From positions 27,838,001 to 27,902,000 of the forward strand of contig NC_092674.1 of assembly GCF_964355755.1 (NCBI RefSeq): DNA of 64,000 nt, written 5' to 3'. The position numbers were made by a program, and so were the translations under genes. The stretch's first letter is position 1. Every line of letters starts with the position of its first letter. The DNA comes from Antedon mediterranea (Eukaryota > Animalia > Echinodermata). The notes under the pieces were generated by a model that had not been told where the DNA came from, made no database searches, and saw only the letters and a program-made list of their open reading frames with translations. Shown here piece by piece: positions 14,325-27,165 of the stretch.

Positions 14325-14395
14325 GCCCAGTGGTCTAATGGTTAGGACATCTACATATCAAGCAGAAGGTCCGGGTTCGAATCTCGGTTGGGGAA
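14325..14395 (+). mobile_element. tRNA-derived SINE head / pseudo-tRNA
   Basis: A box tggtctaatgg and B box ggttcgaatct are present. The acceptor and anticodon stems are imperfect. Confidence 0.65.
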
Positions 14396-14705
14396 TTTTC
14401 TCATTCTCACAGATTTCCTTATCTTATCGTTTCAAATTAATTAATTAAATTTCATTAGGCCTATATCACCGGGCGGTTTAGAATTAATATTCTATGCCTA
14501 ATGTGTTTATATTTATAATTAATAATATATTTGTCTAATTAATTATGCAGACATGTGGCCATTGAATAGCTGAACCCTTTATGATGTTATATTACCGGTA
14601 AATGATATACAGTAGGAGTGTTCGATTTGATGTGATCTAGAACCTACATCTTGTCAATTCATTGTGCGCATGCACGAAATTATTCCACGTTCTGGGTGCA
14701 GTCTT

Positions 14706-15526
14706 TTTAGTCGCGTGGAAGCGACTCTATAGTTCACTATGTCGGTCGGTTGGTCGGTCTGTCTGTCTGTCGGTCTGTCTGTCTGTCGGTCTGTCGGTCC
14801 GGTATCACTATGCGTTTTATCGCTTTCTGACCTTATCTTGATATCAGTTTAATCTAGCTAGGTCAATTTTTCACAGTATATTCCTTATGGCCAGGAATCA
14901 ATGTGGTTATGTTTTCACGGTGCGCAATAAAAAATTACGCGGTTTACGCACGATTTAACGAAATCACGTTTGAAATCATATCTTCACAACCATGAATCAC
15001 AATTAAATAAAATTTGGTACTCATAAATTTCAGGGCATAAATCATCATATGGCAATACAATTACGTGCGTAGCGCATGTAACGCATGCGTACGCGCGCTT
15101 ACAATTTTCAAAATTTATTTTCGATGAAATAAGAGTACGTTTCAGGCAATTTTAAGCGTTTACAAAATTGCCATGAGTGCGCATATTTTTGCGCGCGCAC
15201 TGCGCGTTAAATGTTATATTACGCACTCTTTTTGCCCGATTTCTGTTTCCTTGACTTACTTTTCAACTCGAAATTACGTTATACGAGCACGTCAAAAGTG
15301 ACAGGCTACGCACGTGTAAATTAAAAAAATATAAATGTTTTTAAACATTTCAACATTTTTAAACATGTTCAGTAATTTCGGTCAGTATAGTTCACTATGT
15401 CGGTCGGTCGGTCTGTCTGTCTGTCGGTCTGTCTGTCGGTCTGTCTGTCGGTCTGTCTGTCGGTCTGTCTGTCGGTCCGGTATCACTATGCATTGTAGCA
15501 CGCGACTTAATGGCTGTTGGCCTTGT
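14706..15526 (+). mobile_element. Second HINE/DINE-1-like Helentron element in intron 3 of copy C
   Basis: SubTIRs agtcgcgtg (14709) / cacgcgact (15499), two (GTCG/GTCT)n blocks, a 3' hairpin ggctgttggcc, and insertion in a T run. Confidence 0.8.
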
Positions 15527-16349
15527 TTTTTTAGATTCTGGTCCAGAGACTACGGCCAACGACATACTACAATGCATTATAATAGGTCTAATGTACTCTC
15601 CTATTTCATACAGGTGTCGTGCAAAGCGCTGTTCATAACTCGTAGCCCGGACACACTTTACCCGATGGTTTGTGAAATGATTCCAGAGTTAAGTGAAAGT
15701 ATTCCAGGTGACTTAAATTCAAAACAGTAAGTAGGCTTATTATTGGAATTTGATTATTTAAGCACTACATGTATGATGCAATAAGTTACGTTATAAGATA
15801 GCTATCTTGACTTGTGACTATCTGCTTAAGAATTAACAGTAACGACTTTTTTTAGGTTGCCTCACTTGAAGAAAGTCATAGCCACTGGTCCAAATTGTAA
15901 AATGTAAGTACTGTAAACCCAGAACTTATAAAACCATAGAAAATAGAAAGTGTGTATCAAAATGAAAAATCGTTTGACCCTAATAAGAACCTTGAAGTCA
16001 TGTAATTATAAATGTGTTCTTTTCAGTGGAATGTTGAATTTAGATGATATTTCTATTTCTGGATGTGAAGAAGAAGTAGCAACAGCGGCCAAGAAAGTTA
16101 CAATTGATGACGTCAGTTATTTTTTTACGACATCGGTAAAACACATTAGATTAGTTATTTATCTTGTACATAATTTTAAATAGGCCTTTTGTTAAATCAT
16201 TTTTTTTCTAACTTTTATTTTACTTACTCTGGACGCACCTTCATTCAAGAAGTGTGCCACTGTTTCAAAAGTGTAGCTTCCAAATAAATTATTATTATTA
16301 TCAGACTTTATGTAACAAAAGTATGATATATATATATGACCATAATGAT

Positions 16350-16412
16350 CTCATATCACTACCATATTTGGGCATATCACTACCATATTTTGATAGTATA
16401 GACAGAGCTTTT
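16350..16412 (-). mobile_element. Short MITE end (AAGCTCTGTCTACACTATCAAA family) carrying the 21-bp unit
   Basis: catatcactaccatatttgggcatatcactaccatattttgatagtatagacagagctt is the reverse complement of the satellite unit plus its terminus. Related pieces lie at ~13261-13335, ~51710-51760 and ~58748-58833. Confidence 0.7.
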
Positions 16413-19388
16413 AGACATGCCTATGATTAGGCAAAAACGTGAGCTTATAGTGTATTTTGTTTTTGTCAGGGAACAACAGGATCACCAAAACTTGTACCGT
16501 TTACTCATTTCCAAACACTAAATGGATCCATCTTTGCACCCAATCAATTTGACGAGAAACAGGTATGCTAAAAAATGATTTTAGTTTTCTAGTTCATGGT
16601 GGTAGAGTATACAACGAAAAAGTATAGGGCAGAGATATTGATGGCAGATTTGATATGGAATCCTGTGATTATGAAATAAAATTATCAACCAATCAATCAA
16701 TTCGTGCTGTCCCGATCAATTTGTCTTGTCTCGATCCCATGCAGCCCTGATTATGTGTAGATGGAATATGAATGTGCATGCCCATAACAATGCTTTAATT
16801 TTAGTAGAACACAGGCTTAAGACGTGTATAATGATAATGATAACAAAAACTCACGATGATAATTGATAATGATATTATTTATTTTAAGATCAATAAATTG
16901 ACATTTATCAGTAACATGGCATACATTGTGACAACGCATTTGAGTCAAGTAGGGTCACTTCTATACGGTACAACTGCGGTGTTTCCTTCACCAACCTACA
17001 CATTTGAAAAGCTTGTTCAGGCTGTCGAAGCAGAGAGGTAAAATACTCTATATTGTAAATAGGTACACTTTTACATTCTTCCACGATTTGGTAATAGCTG
17101 ATATTATTGATACATGCACCCTCGGTTGCGGTAATATGATAATCTTATTCTGTAGGTGCAACTTTTTCGCCTTGAAGATTGATGGTCTGGTTAATCTTGC
17201 GTATAATCCAATTTGTGATAAGTACGACCTGTCTTCATTGAAATCAGGTAACATACTAATACAATATAATTATATAATATTTAGATACACCTATTAAATT
17301 GTAATATCTTCAATCTATGTCAGAAAATCGATAACAAGTGTGTTTCTTTTTAAATAAAAGGTTTTACTTATGGTTCGCCCATTCCATCAGATGTTATTTT
17401 TGAGTTAAACAAAAATCGTCGGGTTGTTACGTTGGTACGTACAAAGTAGCCTACCATAAACCTCGTCGTGGAGGTCTGAGTATGCCGCTAATAATCTATG
17501 GGGAGTTACTGCGAATAATAGTTATTTCTTTTCTTCAGAATCTTTATGGTTCTACCGAAACCCTCGGGAATCAGCTCTGTGACAGTCGATGATGGTCCAG
17601 ATGTTTGGAACACATCAGGCCGCCCTTTACCAAATACTGAAGTAGGACCTATCTACTTTTCTTATCTTTTTCCAAATGATGTTTCATTCCATTCTGTTTA
17701 TAAATTACTAATGTACGCCAACAATGCTGTATTTACAGATTCAAATAATTGATGAAAAAGGATGTCCCGTAGAAGTGGGAGAGAACGGAGAGGTATGGAT
17801 ACGAAGTCCGACTGCGTTCAGAGGTTACTATGGTGATATCGAGAAAACAAAACAGACAATCACTGAAAAAGGATGGATTAAAACAGGGTACTATCACAAC
17901 TTGTATTATTACAAAAGCAAAGTATACCGTCATTTATAAAATCAAAGAAATTCCTAAAATAATTGTTTTGATTTGTTCAGAGATGTTGGTAAGCTAAGTG
18001 AAAATGGCTACCTGACTATAGTCGGTCGAATTAAGGTAATCGAAATATTAATGTAATATCTGTCTCGATTTAAAGCAATGTTACACTTGATCTTATGTTA
18101 CCAATTTACACATTTTTTCCAGGACATAATCATCAGAAGAGGCGACAATATCCATCCATCAGAAGTGGAAAGTTTTGTAGTAACTCATCCAGCCGTAAAC
18201 ATTGCGCAGGTAAGTGGTAAACAACTATTAGATAGAAAAACATTTTGTTAACAAACGAATGATAACGTGCTTTAGACAATAAAAACACCCAATGTTTACC
18301 AAATGTATTAGCAATAGTCAAATTCTGTTGTTCTTCAATCTCACAGGTTATACCAATTCCAGATTACAGGATCGGTGAAGATGTTTGTGCATGTGTTACG
18401 TAAGTATTATTTTTATTTATACAAAAAATGAAATTATTTAATTTAATTTAAGTTATATTTCTATTTTGTATCATTTTAAATTTTTTTCAAATTTATAAAA
18501 TAATTTTTCAGATTAAATGAAGGTTACAAAGTCACCGAAGAAGAACTGAAAACTTTCTTTGCTGGAAAGGTATTTATATCGAATAAACACAAATTAATCA
18601 TTTTCTGAACTTTTTCGATTTTTGTTTAATATGTGTATTATTAAGGAGGAAAGCAAATGCATAAAAAGGTTATTATTTTGTGTTTATGAAAATTATCTTT
18701 TTTTAGATGTCAGAAATAATCCAGCCGTCTTACTTTCTAATATTTGACTCCTTCCCATCTGGAGCTTCGGGAAAGGTAGGCTTGCTGTAGTCTTTTTATA
18801 AATCAAGGTTTTTATCTAGGCCCCTAAATTATTTCAGGCTAATAGATTTACTTTATTAAATGTTGGTGATTACGTCATAGACATTACGATCAAACCGATA
18901 AGCATAGATATGCGTTACGTAAAAAAAAGATAATTAAAATAATACTGTTGAGATGAATCTACCAATATTTACTAATAATGATGTATAAGTTTCAACAAAC
19001 ATTATGCCTTACAAAAACATTGTATACAATACACTTGCTAGTATAGGCCTACACATTAAAACTGTAAAGAATATCCTTACTAGATGTTAAAATGTCATTT
19101 ATATTATGTACAACTAATTATTATTTACAGGTGGATCGTAATAAGATACAGGAGATGGCTATTGGTCGAATTGAATTACCAGAAACTCCTTATGCTAAAT
19201 AAAGTGTCAAGTGAAGAATTAAATCAACATTTTTCTTCTTATGATATGATATGCTGGGACACGCATTTATATACTTTTGAATATATGTTATAGTATATAT
19301 TGTTAGTGAAAAAGAAGTGTTAGTGAAAAAGAAGCTCAATTGCCAGCCTGGAGTCTATTGCCAACATGAAGGAAACCAAACCTTATGC

Positions 19389-19700
19389 TTAAAGATGTAT
19401 TGTCCCCCAAAAACATGAAAATTGAAGATTAGTTAAATCAGACTTTGAATAGGTTATTTTGTAGTTTTAATAAAGTTAATCACTTCCATAGAAAAAAAAA
19501 ACGGAAAAAGAATGTTTTCACTTATAAAATAACATGATAAATCGTAAAATGGCAGCCAATTTGATCATTTTTTTGCTTTAAATTCCAGGTAAATAAATTT
19601 GTTATTGATCCAATTTTTGGTCGAAGTCAATAACTTTTATTTGACATTAAAATGGCATATTCAAAAACAAAAAATTTAAAAAAAATATTTTTGATTTGAT
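19389..19700 (+). mobile_element. Fragment of a non-autonomous DNA element starting TTAA-AGATGTATTGTCCCC (Kolobok-like)
   Basis: The same start and body recur at ~52288-52680 and ~60180-60535. A TTAA+AG terminus is typical of Kolobok. Confidence 0.45.
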
Positions 19701-19990
19701 TATGTTTTAATAATTGATATTCATACAATGTAAACCACCATTTATTTATATCGAGATATTATTATAATTAATTATAAACATTATGATTTTATCAATTTAA
19801 TTATTTATGGTTTCCTCAAAATAATAATAGTTCTGTTGTTCATACTGGTGATGTCATGATGCATAGGCCCATTTTTTTAAAGTTTATTGTCAAAACTTTG
19901 GAAACACAACCCAAATGTCGATGTCAACGGAAAAAATAGAGACAAAGCATTTATTTGTTTCTATTATGTCGTCAATTTAAAACCGCTCTT

Positions 19991-21300
19991 CCCAGCAAAC
20001 AATATAACGTTTGCAGAACGTTATATGAATGTTTCCATGACGTTATATGAATGTTATAAGATAATGTTAGGATGACGTGAAAGTGTGGACCCTTTTTTTT
20101 GTTAATCGAACGTTATAACTAACGTTAGTTTTAACATTTAACAAACGTTTGTATAACGTTATTTCTGACATTAAAAGTAACCTTTAAAAAATGTTACTTG
20201 AATGTTTTGTTTGAACGTAATTTGAACGGTATAAAAATAACGTTAGGATAACGTAAAAGTGTGGACCCTTTTTCTGGTTAATCGAATGTTATAACTAACG
20301 TTGGTTTTAACATTCAATTAACATTGTTAGAATGTTATTTATTACATTAAAACTAACTGTTAAAAAACGTTATATTAATGTTTTTCTGAAACGTTATGTG
20401 AATAATGTAAAAATAACGTTAAGATGACGTTAAAATGTGGACCCTTTTTTTGGTTAATTGAACGTTAGAACTAACGTTAGCTTTAACATTCAATTAACAT
20501 TTTTAGAAAGTTATATATTACATTACAAATAACTGTTAAAAAACGTTATATGAATGTTTTTCTGAAACGTTATGTGAATAATGTAAAAATAACGTTAAGA
20601 TGACGTTAAAATGTGGACCCTTTTTTTGGTTAATTGAACGTTAGAGCTAACGTTAGCTTTAACATTCGCTTAACATTTTTAGAAAGTTATATATTACATT
20701 ACAAATAACTGTTAAAAAACGTTATATGAATGTTTTTTCTGAAACATTTCGTGAATAATGTAAAAATAACGTTAAGATAACGTTAAAATGTGGACCCTTT
20801 TATTGGTTAATTGAACGTTAGAACTAACGTTAGCTTTAACATTCACTTAACATTTTTAGAAAGTTATATATTACATTATAAATAACTGTTAAAAAACGTT
20901 ATATAGATGTTTTGTTGAAACGTTGTGAGTAATGTAAAAATAACGTTAGGATGACGTTAAAATGTGGATCATTGTTTTAGGTAATTGAACGTTATAGCGA
21001 ACGTTAGCTTTAACATTTAAATAACGTTTGTGTAACGTTACCTTTGAAATTAAAAATAACCTTTAAAAAACCTTACTTGAATGTTTTGTTTATACATTAT
21101 TTGAATGGTTCAAAATATCGTTAAGATGACGTGAAAACGTGGAACTATTTTTGGGTTGGCCGAACGTTATAACTAATGTTTGTTTTAACATTCAAACAAG
21201 GTTGTTAGAACGTTATATCATTTAGTTTAATGTTTTGTTGAACTTTATTAAATAAGATAAAATAACGTTAGGTTAACGTGGAATGTGGACCTTTTTTGTT
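19991..21300. repeat. Left subterminal tandem array, ~176-bp unit, ~7 copies
   Basis: The gtggaccc anchor recurs at 20085, 20261, 20437, 20613 and 20790. The array is dense in AACGTT. Confidence 0.9.
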
Positions 21301-22406
21301 TGGTATATGTTTGGTAATTTACTTTAAAAGATTACTGGTGTTCCGAACATATTAGTTTGTTTTATTTTTCACACATTTGTTGGATTGCTTTAATTGTTTT
21401 ACAAACGGACAACGCACACAATTCAAATTACCATCATTATCATTGAAATAAAATACTTTATTATGGTTTTATTAATATTTAATTATTTTACAAATAACAA
21501 TACTGTAGGCTTTAAGAAAGAGTACGGCTGGGTGGGTGGTTCTAGATATATAAGTTAAAAATTAAAATATAGTAGAGGGTGCAATTTATAATACAGTGTA
21601 AAAGATAATAAATTATAGAAAGATATAGCGCTCGACGTTGGCGGCGTCTTTTTTTAAATTTTAGAGTTAATTGTATGGTTTCCTCATAGAATCATAGCCT
21701 CATCACTACCACTGCCAGTACAGTATGCATTATATTTCTAGGCCTACAAGGTCTTCTGTTGTATCGTCATCATCCTCCTCCATTGAATCGTCAATGTTTA
21801 CAGCCTGTGGAGTTAAAAAGTCATTGTTTAAAATAATCATCCTTATTTTTAATTAAGTAGACGTATCTTTTATGGATTTTTTAGGGCGTTAGCGCACTTT
21901 CGCACCTCGTCTAACCCAATTTAAAACATTCACCCGCTGCGCGGCGGTTACAACTTTAATCGTGGGTGAACAGCAGACTACAGGGTTGGGTATAGACTTG
22001 CCCCAAGTCTGTATTATCTTTTTTTTAATTTATTTGTTTTTACTCGGACCGCGATTTTTGTCTGAAATCAAGTAGTATACGTATGAAACGCCATATGTGC
22101 CAAAATATTTTTCTTTTTACTACTACGGTAATAATATTAAGACAAAACTCCGTCTGGAACCCAGACTAGGTTGGGTAGGTCAAAGATAAAAGGAGAAGAT
22201 ACAACAGTTCCGTTGGCGGCGTAAACCACATCCGAGTTACTATTTGCCTACGCCTAGGCGTGGGTAAGGTAAAACTATCTATAAAAATGCAAACGATGAT
22301 TATTTATCAAAATGATTATCAAAAATATTAATACTGTAATATCAAAATTAGTAGAGCACAGACGCGAGAACACATCAGATCATCACGATCCATCCAAACG
22401 TAAAGT

Positions 22407-22665
22407 GGAGTTGTGGCTTGGTGGTTATGATGCTTGGCTACCAATCCAAGGGTCCTGGGGTCAAGTCCCGTCCATGTTTGTCAGGATTTTTTCAAAAGAC
22501 TAAATTACAATTCCACTCCAAAAGACTTGTAATAAGACTTTGTTTATGTAAAGCATCTTGTATATAATGTTTGTCTTGTGAACCTCTGAGGGTCCATAAT
22601 GATCAGCAATTGCTGGATGGATCACCCTCATTAAATATGGTTTTAAAAAAAAAACAAAAAAAAAA
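22407..22665 (+). mobile_element. tRNA-derived SINE
   Basis: A box tggcttggtgg, B-box-like gggtcaagtccc, and an A-rich tail. Confidence 0.7.
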
Positions 22666-22812
22666 CGTGGAATTAGACGGGAACCATATCTAGAGCCCGC
22701 CGTCGTTCGGCTGCTGGATTCTTACGCGTCCATGAAAGCACGTCCGCGTTTCCTATCCTTCTACTGTATATATAATAGCGCGTACTGTTGATTCTTTACC
22801 TATTTATATTCT

Positions 22813-23341
22813 TTGGGTAGGTTTGGCCGGTATGCGTACCTTTTTATGGCCAGCGGGCGTCCAATTATTGCGCAATATATTTTTAATGGCAGCGTCTGTG
22901 CGTGTGAAATACGTACAATGCGACAGAGGGCGTTATATTTAAATTTTCCGCGCGAGATGCCAGCCGGCCACGGACCGGGCTGCGTGGATAGTTATGTGTG
23001 GATAGCTATGGGGATCATCGGCCGGCGGAGAGAGTCGGTTTTCATTTTTAAGCGTTTCAATTTTTGGCCTTTATTTTCTGTGTCTGGTTTAGAATTTGTT
23101 TTGTCCCTGTGATGTTTATAATTCACCATATTATATAGGCCATTATAAAATATGATTTACATTTATTATTAATTAATTATTATATGCCCTCTGTCGCATT
23201 GTACGTATTTCACACGCACGGAGCGGACGCTGCCATTGAAAAAATATTGTGCAATAATTGGACGCCCGCTGGCCATATTGCGCAATATCCGGGACGCCCG
23301 CTGGCCATAAAAAGGTACGCATACTGGCCAAACCTACCCAA
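22813..23341. mobile_element. Foldback MITE with ~120-bp inverted arms
   Basis: ttgggtaggtttggccggtatgcgtacctttttatggccagcgggcgtcc is mirrored by ggacgcccgctggccataaaaaggtacgcatactggccaaacctacccaa. Confidence 0.85.
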
Positions 23342-23371
23342 CCCGTATCACAGCAGAGCCATATATATATA

Positions 23372-23772
23372 ATTCATTCATTCTTTATTTAGCCTTTAAA
23401 ATCGAAATACATTTAAAACAAGGTAACAAAAACTGTAGCTCGCAGGCTTGCTTATCCATCCTTAGACATCCAGTACATAAATATAGATAAAATACACACA
23501 TTAACGATCCTAATATAAATAAATTCGAATTAAGTGAAAGTATAGCCTATTACTACAGTAGCAAATTATTCTTAATTTAGTCAAATTCCAGTACCCAAGG
23601 AATTTAATATTTATAATGTTCTTTCAATTTCATAGCAAATATATTAGTATTTTCAAGAACTACAGAGTCCTTAATTTCATATGGTAGATTTAACCATAAA
23701 CGTGGAAACTCAGTTATAGAGGAGTGTTTTAGTACCTCTGTACGCGGCATATTGATGACTTTGGATACATTA
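23372..23772 (-). mobile_element. 5'-truncated CR1/L2-type LINE 3' fragment
   Basis: The minus frame reads RTEVLKHSSITEFPRLWLNLPYEIK...FAMKLKEHY*, like a LINE ORF2 C-terminus. It ends in aataaa + (gaat)n. Confidence 0.65.
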
Positions 23773-24244
23773 AAAGTGTTTGTGATTCAGAAATATTTTT
23801 TTCCTTACCAGTGTATTTCACTATCCTTATAGGATACAAGGGCCATTTTGGGTCTGGAATTTCATGCCTTTTTGCCCTTGCAACAGTGTAATTTCTAAAA
23901 AACAAAAGTTAAAGTGGTTATCTTTCTATTTTTAATTGTTTTTTCTTCATGCAGTGGTACAATACAATAAGTGAATATAACAAAATACTTACCTCCTGTT
24001 TTTTTATTATCCATTTTTCTGAGACAATGTCCACTGCCTCTTCATCATCAAAAATTACTACGGCAAAGTTAGTCATCTGTGGGAAAAAAATATTATTTTA
24101 ATGTTTTTATTGTTTTAATTTAATACATGTTATATGTCCAACAAATGGCAATGAAAAATTAATTTCATTTTCTTAAATACTATATTAGGTTGAGCATCGT
24201 ATTGTAAGATCTACCTAGTACAGTATAACCGTTTGTTACTCAAA

Positions 24245-24880
24245 AACCGAACCGAACCAACATAAAAGTGATTGAATCATCTAGTGTACAACCCACTGGG
24301 TATATCAATGTAAAAAAAAAATTAAATTTCTACTGTTAACTTATTTTTGGGGTACAACATCATTTTTTGGTCAAAAATGATTGCTAAACCCCGCAAACCT
24401 CCAAAAAACCATAGCAAACCCCACCGAACCAACATAAAAGTGATTGAATAATGTAGTGTACGACCCACTGGGTATATAAATTATTAAATTTCTACTGACT
24501 GTTAGCTACTTTTTTTCGGGATAAAACATAATTTTTTGGTTAAAAATTAGCAATCATTCTTGAAAGTAGAAATTTAATATTTTTTTACATGGATATACCC
24601 AGTGGGTTGTACACTACATGATTGAATCACTTTTATGTTGGTTCGATGGGGTTTGCTATATTTTTTGGGAGGTTTGTAGGGTTTAGCAATCATTTTTGAC
24701 CAAAAAATGATGTTTTACCCCAAAAATAATTAGTTAACAGTAAAAATGTATTATTTTTTTTACATGGATATACCCAGTGGGTTGTACACTACATGATTCA
24801 ATCACTTTTATGTTGGTTCGATGGGGTTTGCTATGTTTTGTTGGGAGGTTTGTGGGGGTTTGCGGTGTTTAGCAATACCC
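24245..24880. repeat. Foldback block: two direct ~170-bp units followed by two inverted copies
   Basis: accgaaccaacataaaagtgattgaatcat at ~24251 and ~24423, with reverse complements at ~24620 and ~24795. Related pieces lie at ~26030 and ~27180. Confidence 0.8.
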
Positions 24881-26664
24881 ATTCTTATTTGTTTCTGTAC
24901 AGATTTTGATGTCCGAACAAAAAAAATTAGAATTTCAATTATTTTCAAATTCTTACAAATGTGGTGTGTGTGGTGTGTACAAGCGATCGATAAAATAATG
25001 TTGTAGATACCGATGCTGTACCCACAATTTGAATTTCTTGCAATCTGAATTTTTTAACATTTTGTAACTTTGTTGAACAAGTAATAATTACTTATTTTGT
25101 GATTCTTTCTCATTAAATTAACAATCATAAAAATATCACCTATAATTCGTCAGAGTGATGATTTAATTTCGAGTTTAATGCTAACATTTGTTTTTAAGAA
25201 ATCATAAATTAAATCTAGGTATTTTAAGTTCAGTTTAGTTGTTTTTTAGATTATGTGTATGGTTAAATAATAAATAAGTCAGATTTTTCAAATTATGTAG
25301 GTTCATGTAGTAAAATACTTTGTATTTATTCCTAAATTGCGAAATAACATTTTCTTAAACCAAAAAACACCGAGGTCTATAATAATGAAGTTAATGTATT
25401 TATTTAACAAGTTTAAATGATAATCTATGCATGCAAACATGGTTTGTTAAGCGTAGCAAAATTTGCAAAGAATATAAAAAAAGAAAAAGATTAAAAGTAG
25501 AATAAATGTATAAATATAAAAATAAAAGTACTGCATAAAGTAAAGTAACAAGTTTTGGTAATCTGTCTCCCCGGTCTGTCTCAGAATAAATGTTTACATA
25601 TGGACAAAACACTGCACAAACAATAACAAATTGTAGGCTATGTGTCACGAATGGGACAGCAAATAAACATGACTTTTCAGAAGGTATACATTTATCCTCA
25701 TTATAAAAGATACCTAATCTGTTTTATATAATGTTGCCAGATAGTTGTTTTATATAACTTACCTGTTTAAATTATAACATTTTATTATTATTTATTTATT
25801 TTTATTAAATATGATTTATAATGTCGTTGCGGACGAGACATTTTAACATCCAAATGGAACACTTTTGTCTAGGTTAAAAAATATTATAATTTTGCTATTA
25901 AAAGAATTGTTTTTGACGCAGCGCAAACTTTTATTTACAATCATCAATGTAATTCAACCATTGAAACACTGATAAAAGGGGTATTGTTGAATCCTTCAAA
26001 CATCACAAAAAAACATATTTTTAAACCCTATTGAACCAAAATAAAAGTGATTGAATCATGTAGTGTACAGTATGACTAAATTGGTATGTCAGTCAAAACA
26101 AAAATTTGTTAAAAATTGTTAAATACAGTTACAGTCCTTATTTTTGGGGTAAAACATCATATTTAAGGTTAAAAATAATTGGGTTAAAAAATGCTGTTTT
26201 ACCCAAAAATTCTTTTAAATTGACAAACCAAGTGGTAGGAAGTTTGTGCACTACTACATATTCAATTCAAAATTCTTTAATCATCCCACACGGGGCAATT
26301 CAAATAAAAAGGTCTGGATTAAAATTATCTTACAAAATATCACAAAACAGTACAAAATAATAAGAGTCAGATGGCCACTGCACTGGCAAAAACGAATTCC
26401 TTTTCTGGTTTGTTCTACATGCTGGGCATCGAAAGCAACACCCATGAGGCATCAGCTCAAAATCACTGAACAAGTCATGGTTAACATTTTTTAGAATAGC
26501 TCTACTTTTTTCTAGAATTTGCATGTCACAAAAAGAAGATAAGCTACAAAGTTGAAAACCTATTAATTTAGAACTTAAGTTAACAATTCTTTGTAGTGAG
26601 TTTTACTCTTTGACCCTAACTAAGACTAAAAAAACATCATATAAAGGAAAAAGTTAAAAAAACA

Positions 26665-27165
26665 ATTATTATTGATTAGAACCCAACTAGAACTATATAG
26701 GGAGACAATTTATGAGAAAAAAAATTTGAAATTCCTTTAAGTTTGCCTTTTTTTGGGTTAAAAACTTCAATTTTTGGGAAAATTACTGATTTCACAGCGC
26801 AAAAAAAAACAAAAAAAGCTGCGCAAACCTCCTTTAAATCAATTAAAATTGTTTTTTTAAAGAAATTTCAAATTTTTTTCCCCATAAATTGTCTCCCTAT
26901 ATAGGTATAGTTGTGTTTTAATCAATATTAATAGATTTAAAGGAGGTTTGCACAGCTTTTTTTGTTGTTTGCGCTGTTAAATCAGTAATTTTCCCAAAAA
27001 TTGAAGTTTTTAACCCAAAAAAAGGCAAACTTAAAGGAATTTCAAATTTTTTTTCTCATAAATTGTCTCCCTATATAGTTCTAGTTGTGTTCTAATCAAT
27101 AATAATTGTTTTTAAGGAGGTTTGCACAGCTTTTTTTGTTGTTTGCGCAGTTTAGCAATACCCCC
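26665..27165. repeat. Inverted repeat block (~180-bp arms)
   Basis: ctagaactatatagggagacaatttatgagaaaaaaaatttgaaattcc (~26687) is mirrored at ~27035-27085 and partly at ~26860-26910. Confidence 0.75.

Larger units (their letters stand above)
13404..19202 (+). pseudogene. ACSF2-like copy C, complete 18 exons with a single +1 frameshift in exon 11 (young pseudogene or consensus error)
   Basis: Exons 13404-13586, 13710-13841, 14050-14103, 15614-15726, 15856-15903, 16027-16135, 16470-16562, 16889-17037, 17156-17247, 17361-17434, 17539-17641 (103 nt versus 102 in paralogs), 17739-17887, 17981-18035, 18123-18209, 18347-18399, 18512-18569, 18707-18775, 19131-19202. TSGTTGSPK, YGSTE, TGD, GRIKDIIIRRGDNI and SGK motifs are all present. 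Confidence 0.8.
21730..24076 (-). pseudogene. Decayed spliced accessory gene inside the giant element
   Basis: Exons with canonical splice sites: 24076-23993 (MTNFAVVIFDDEEAVDIVSEKWIIKKQE), 23894-23809 (NYTVARAKRHEIPDPKWPLYPIRIVKYT) and a putative terminal exon 21804-21730 (AVNIDDSMEEDDDDTTEDLVGLEI*). The N-terminus recalls the F-A-V-V-x-F...V-x-x-x-W / P-x-x-x-W pattern of DUF4806/BEN-type accessory ORFs of animal EnSpm elements (from memory, unsearched). Exon phases do not join. Confidence 0.55.

Noticed and set aside
14325-14395. Functional tRNA gene
   Set aside because: The acceptor and anticodon stems are mismatched, so it is better explained as a SINE head or pseudo-tRNA.
17539-17641. 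Programmed frameshifting in copy C
   Set aside because: It is not conserved in any paralog and has no slippery heptamer. A simple indel is sufficient.
26330-26524. Cys-rich minus ORF (HGCCFRCPACRT) as a zinc-finger exon
   Set aside because: It has only one CxxC and no convincing donor or partner exon, so it cannot be supported.
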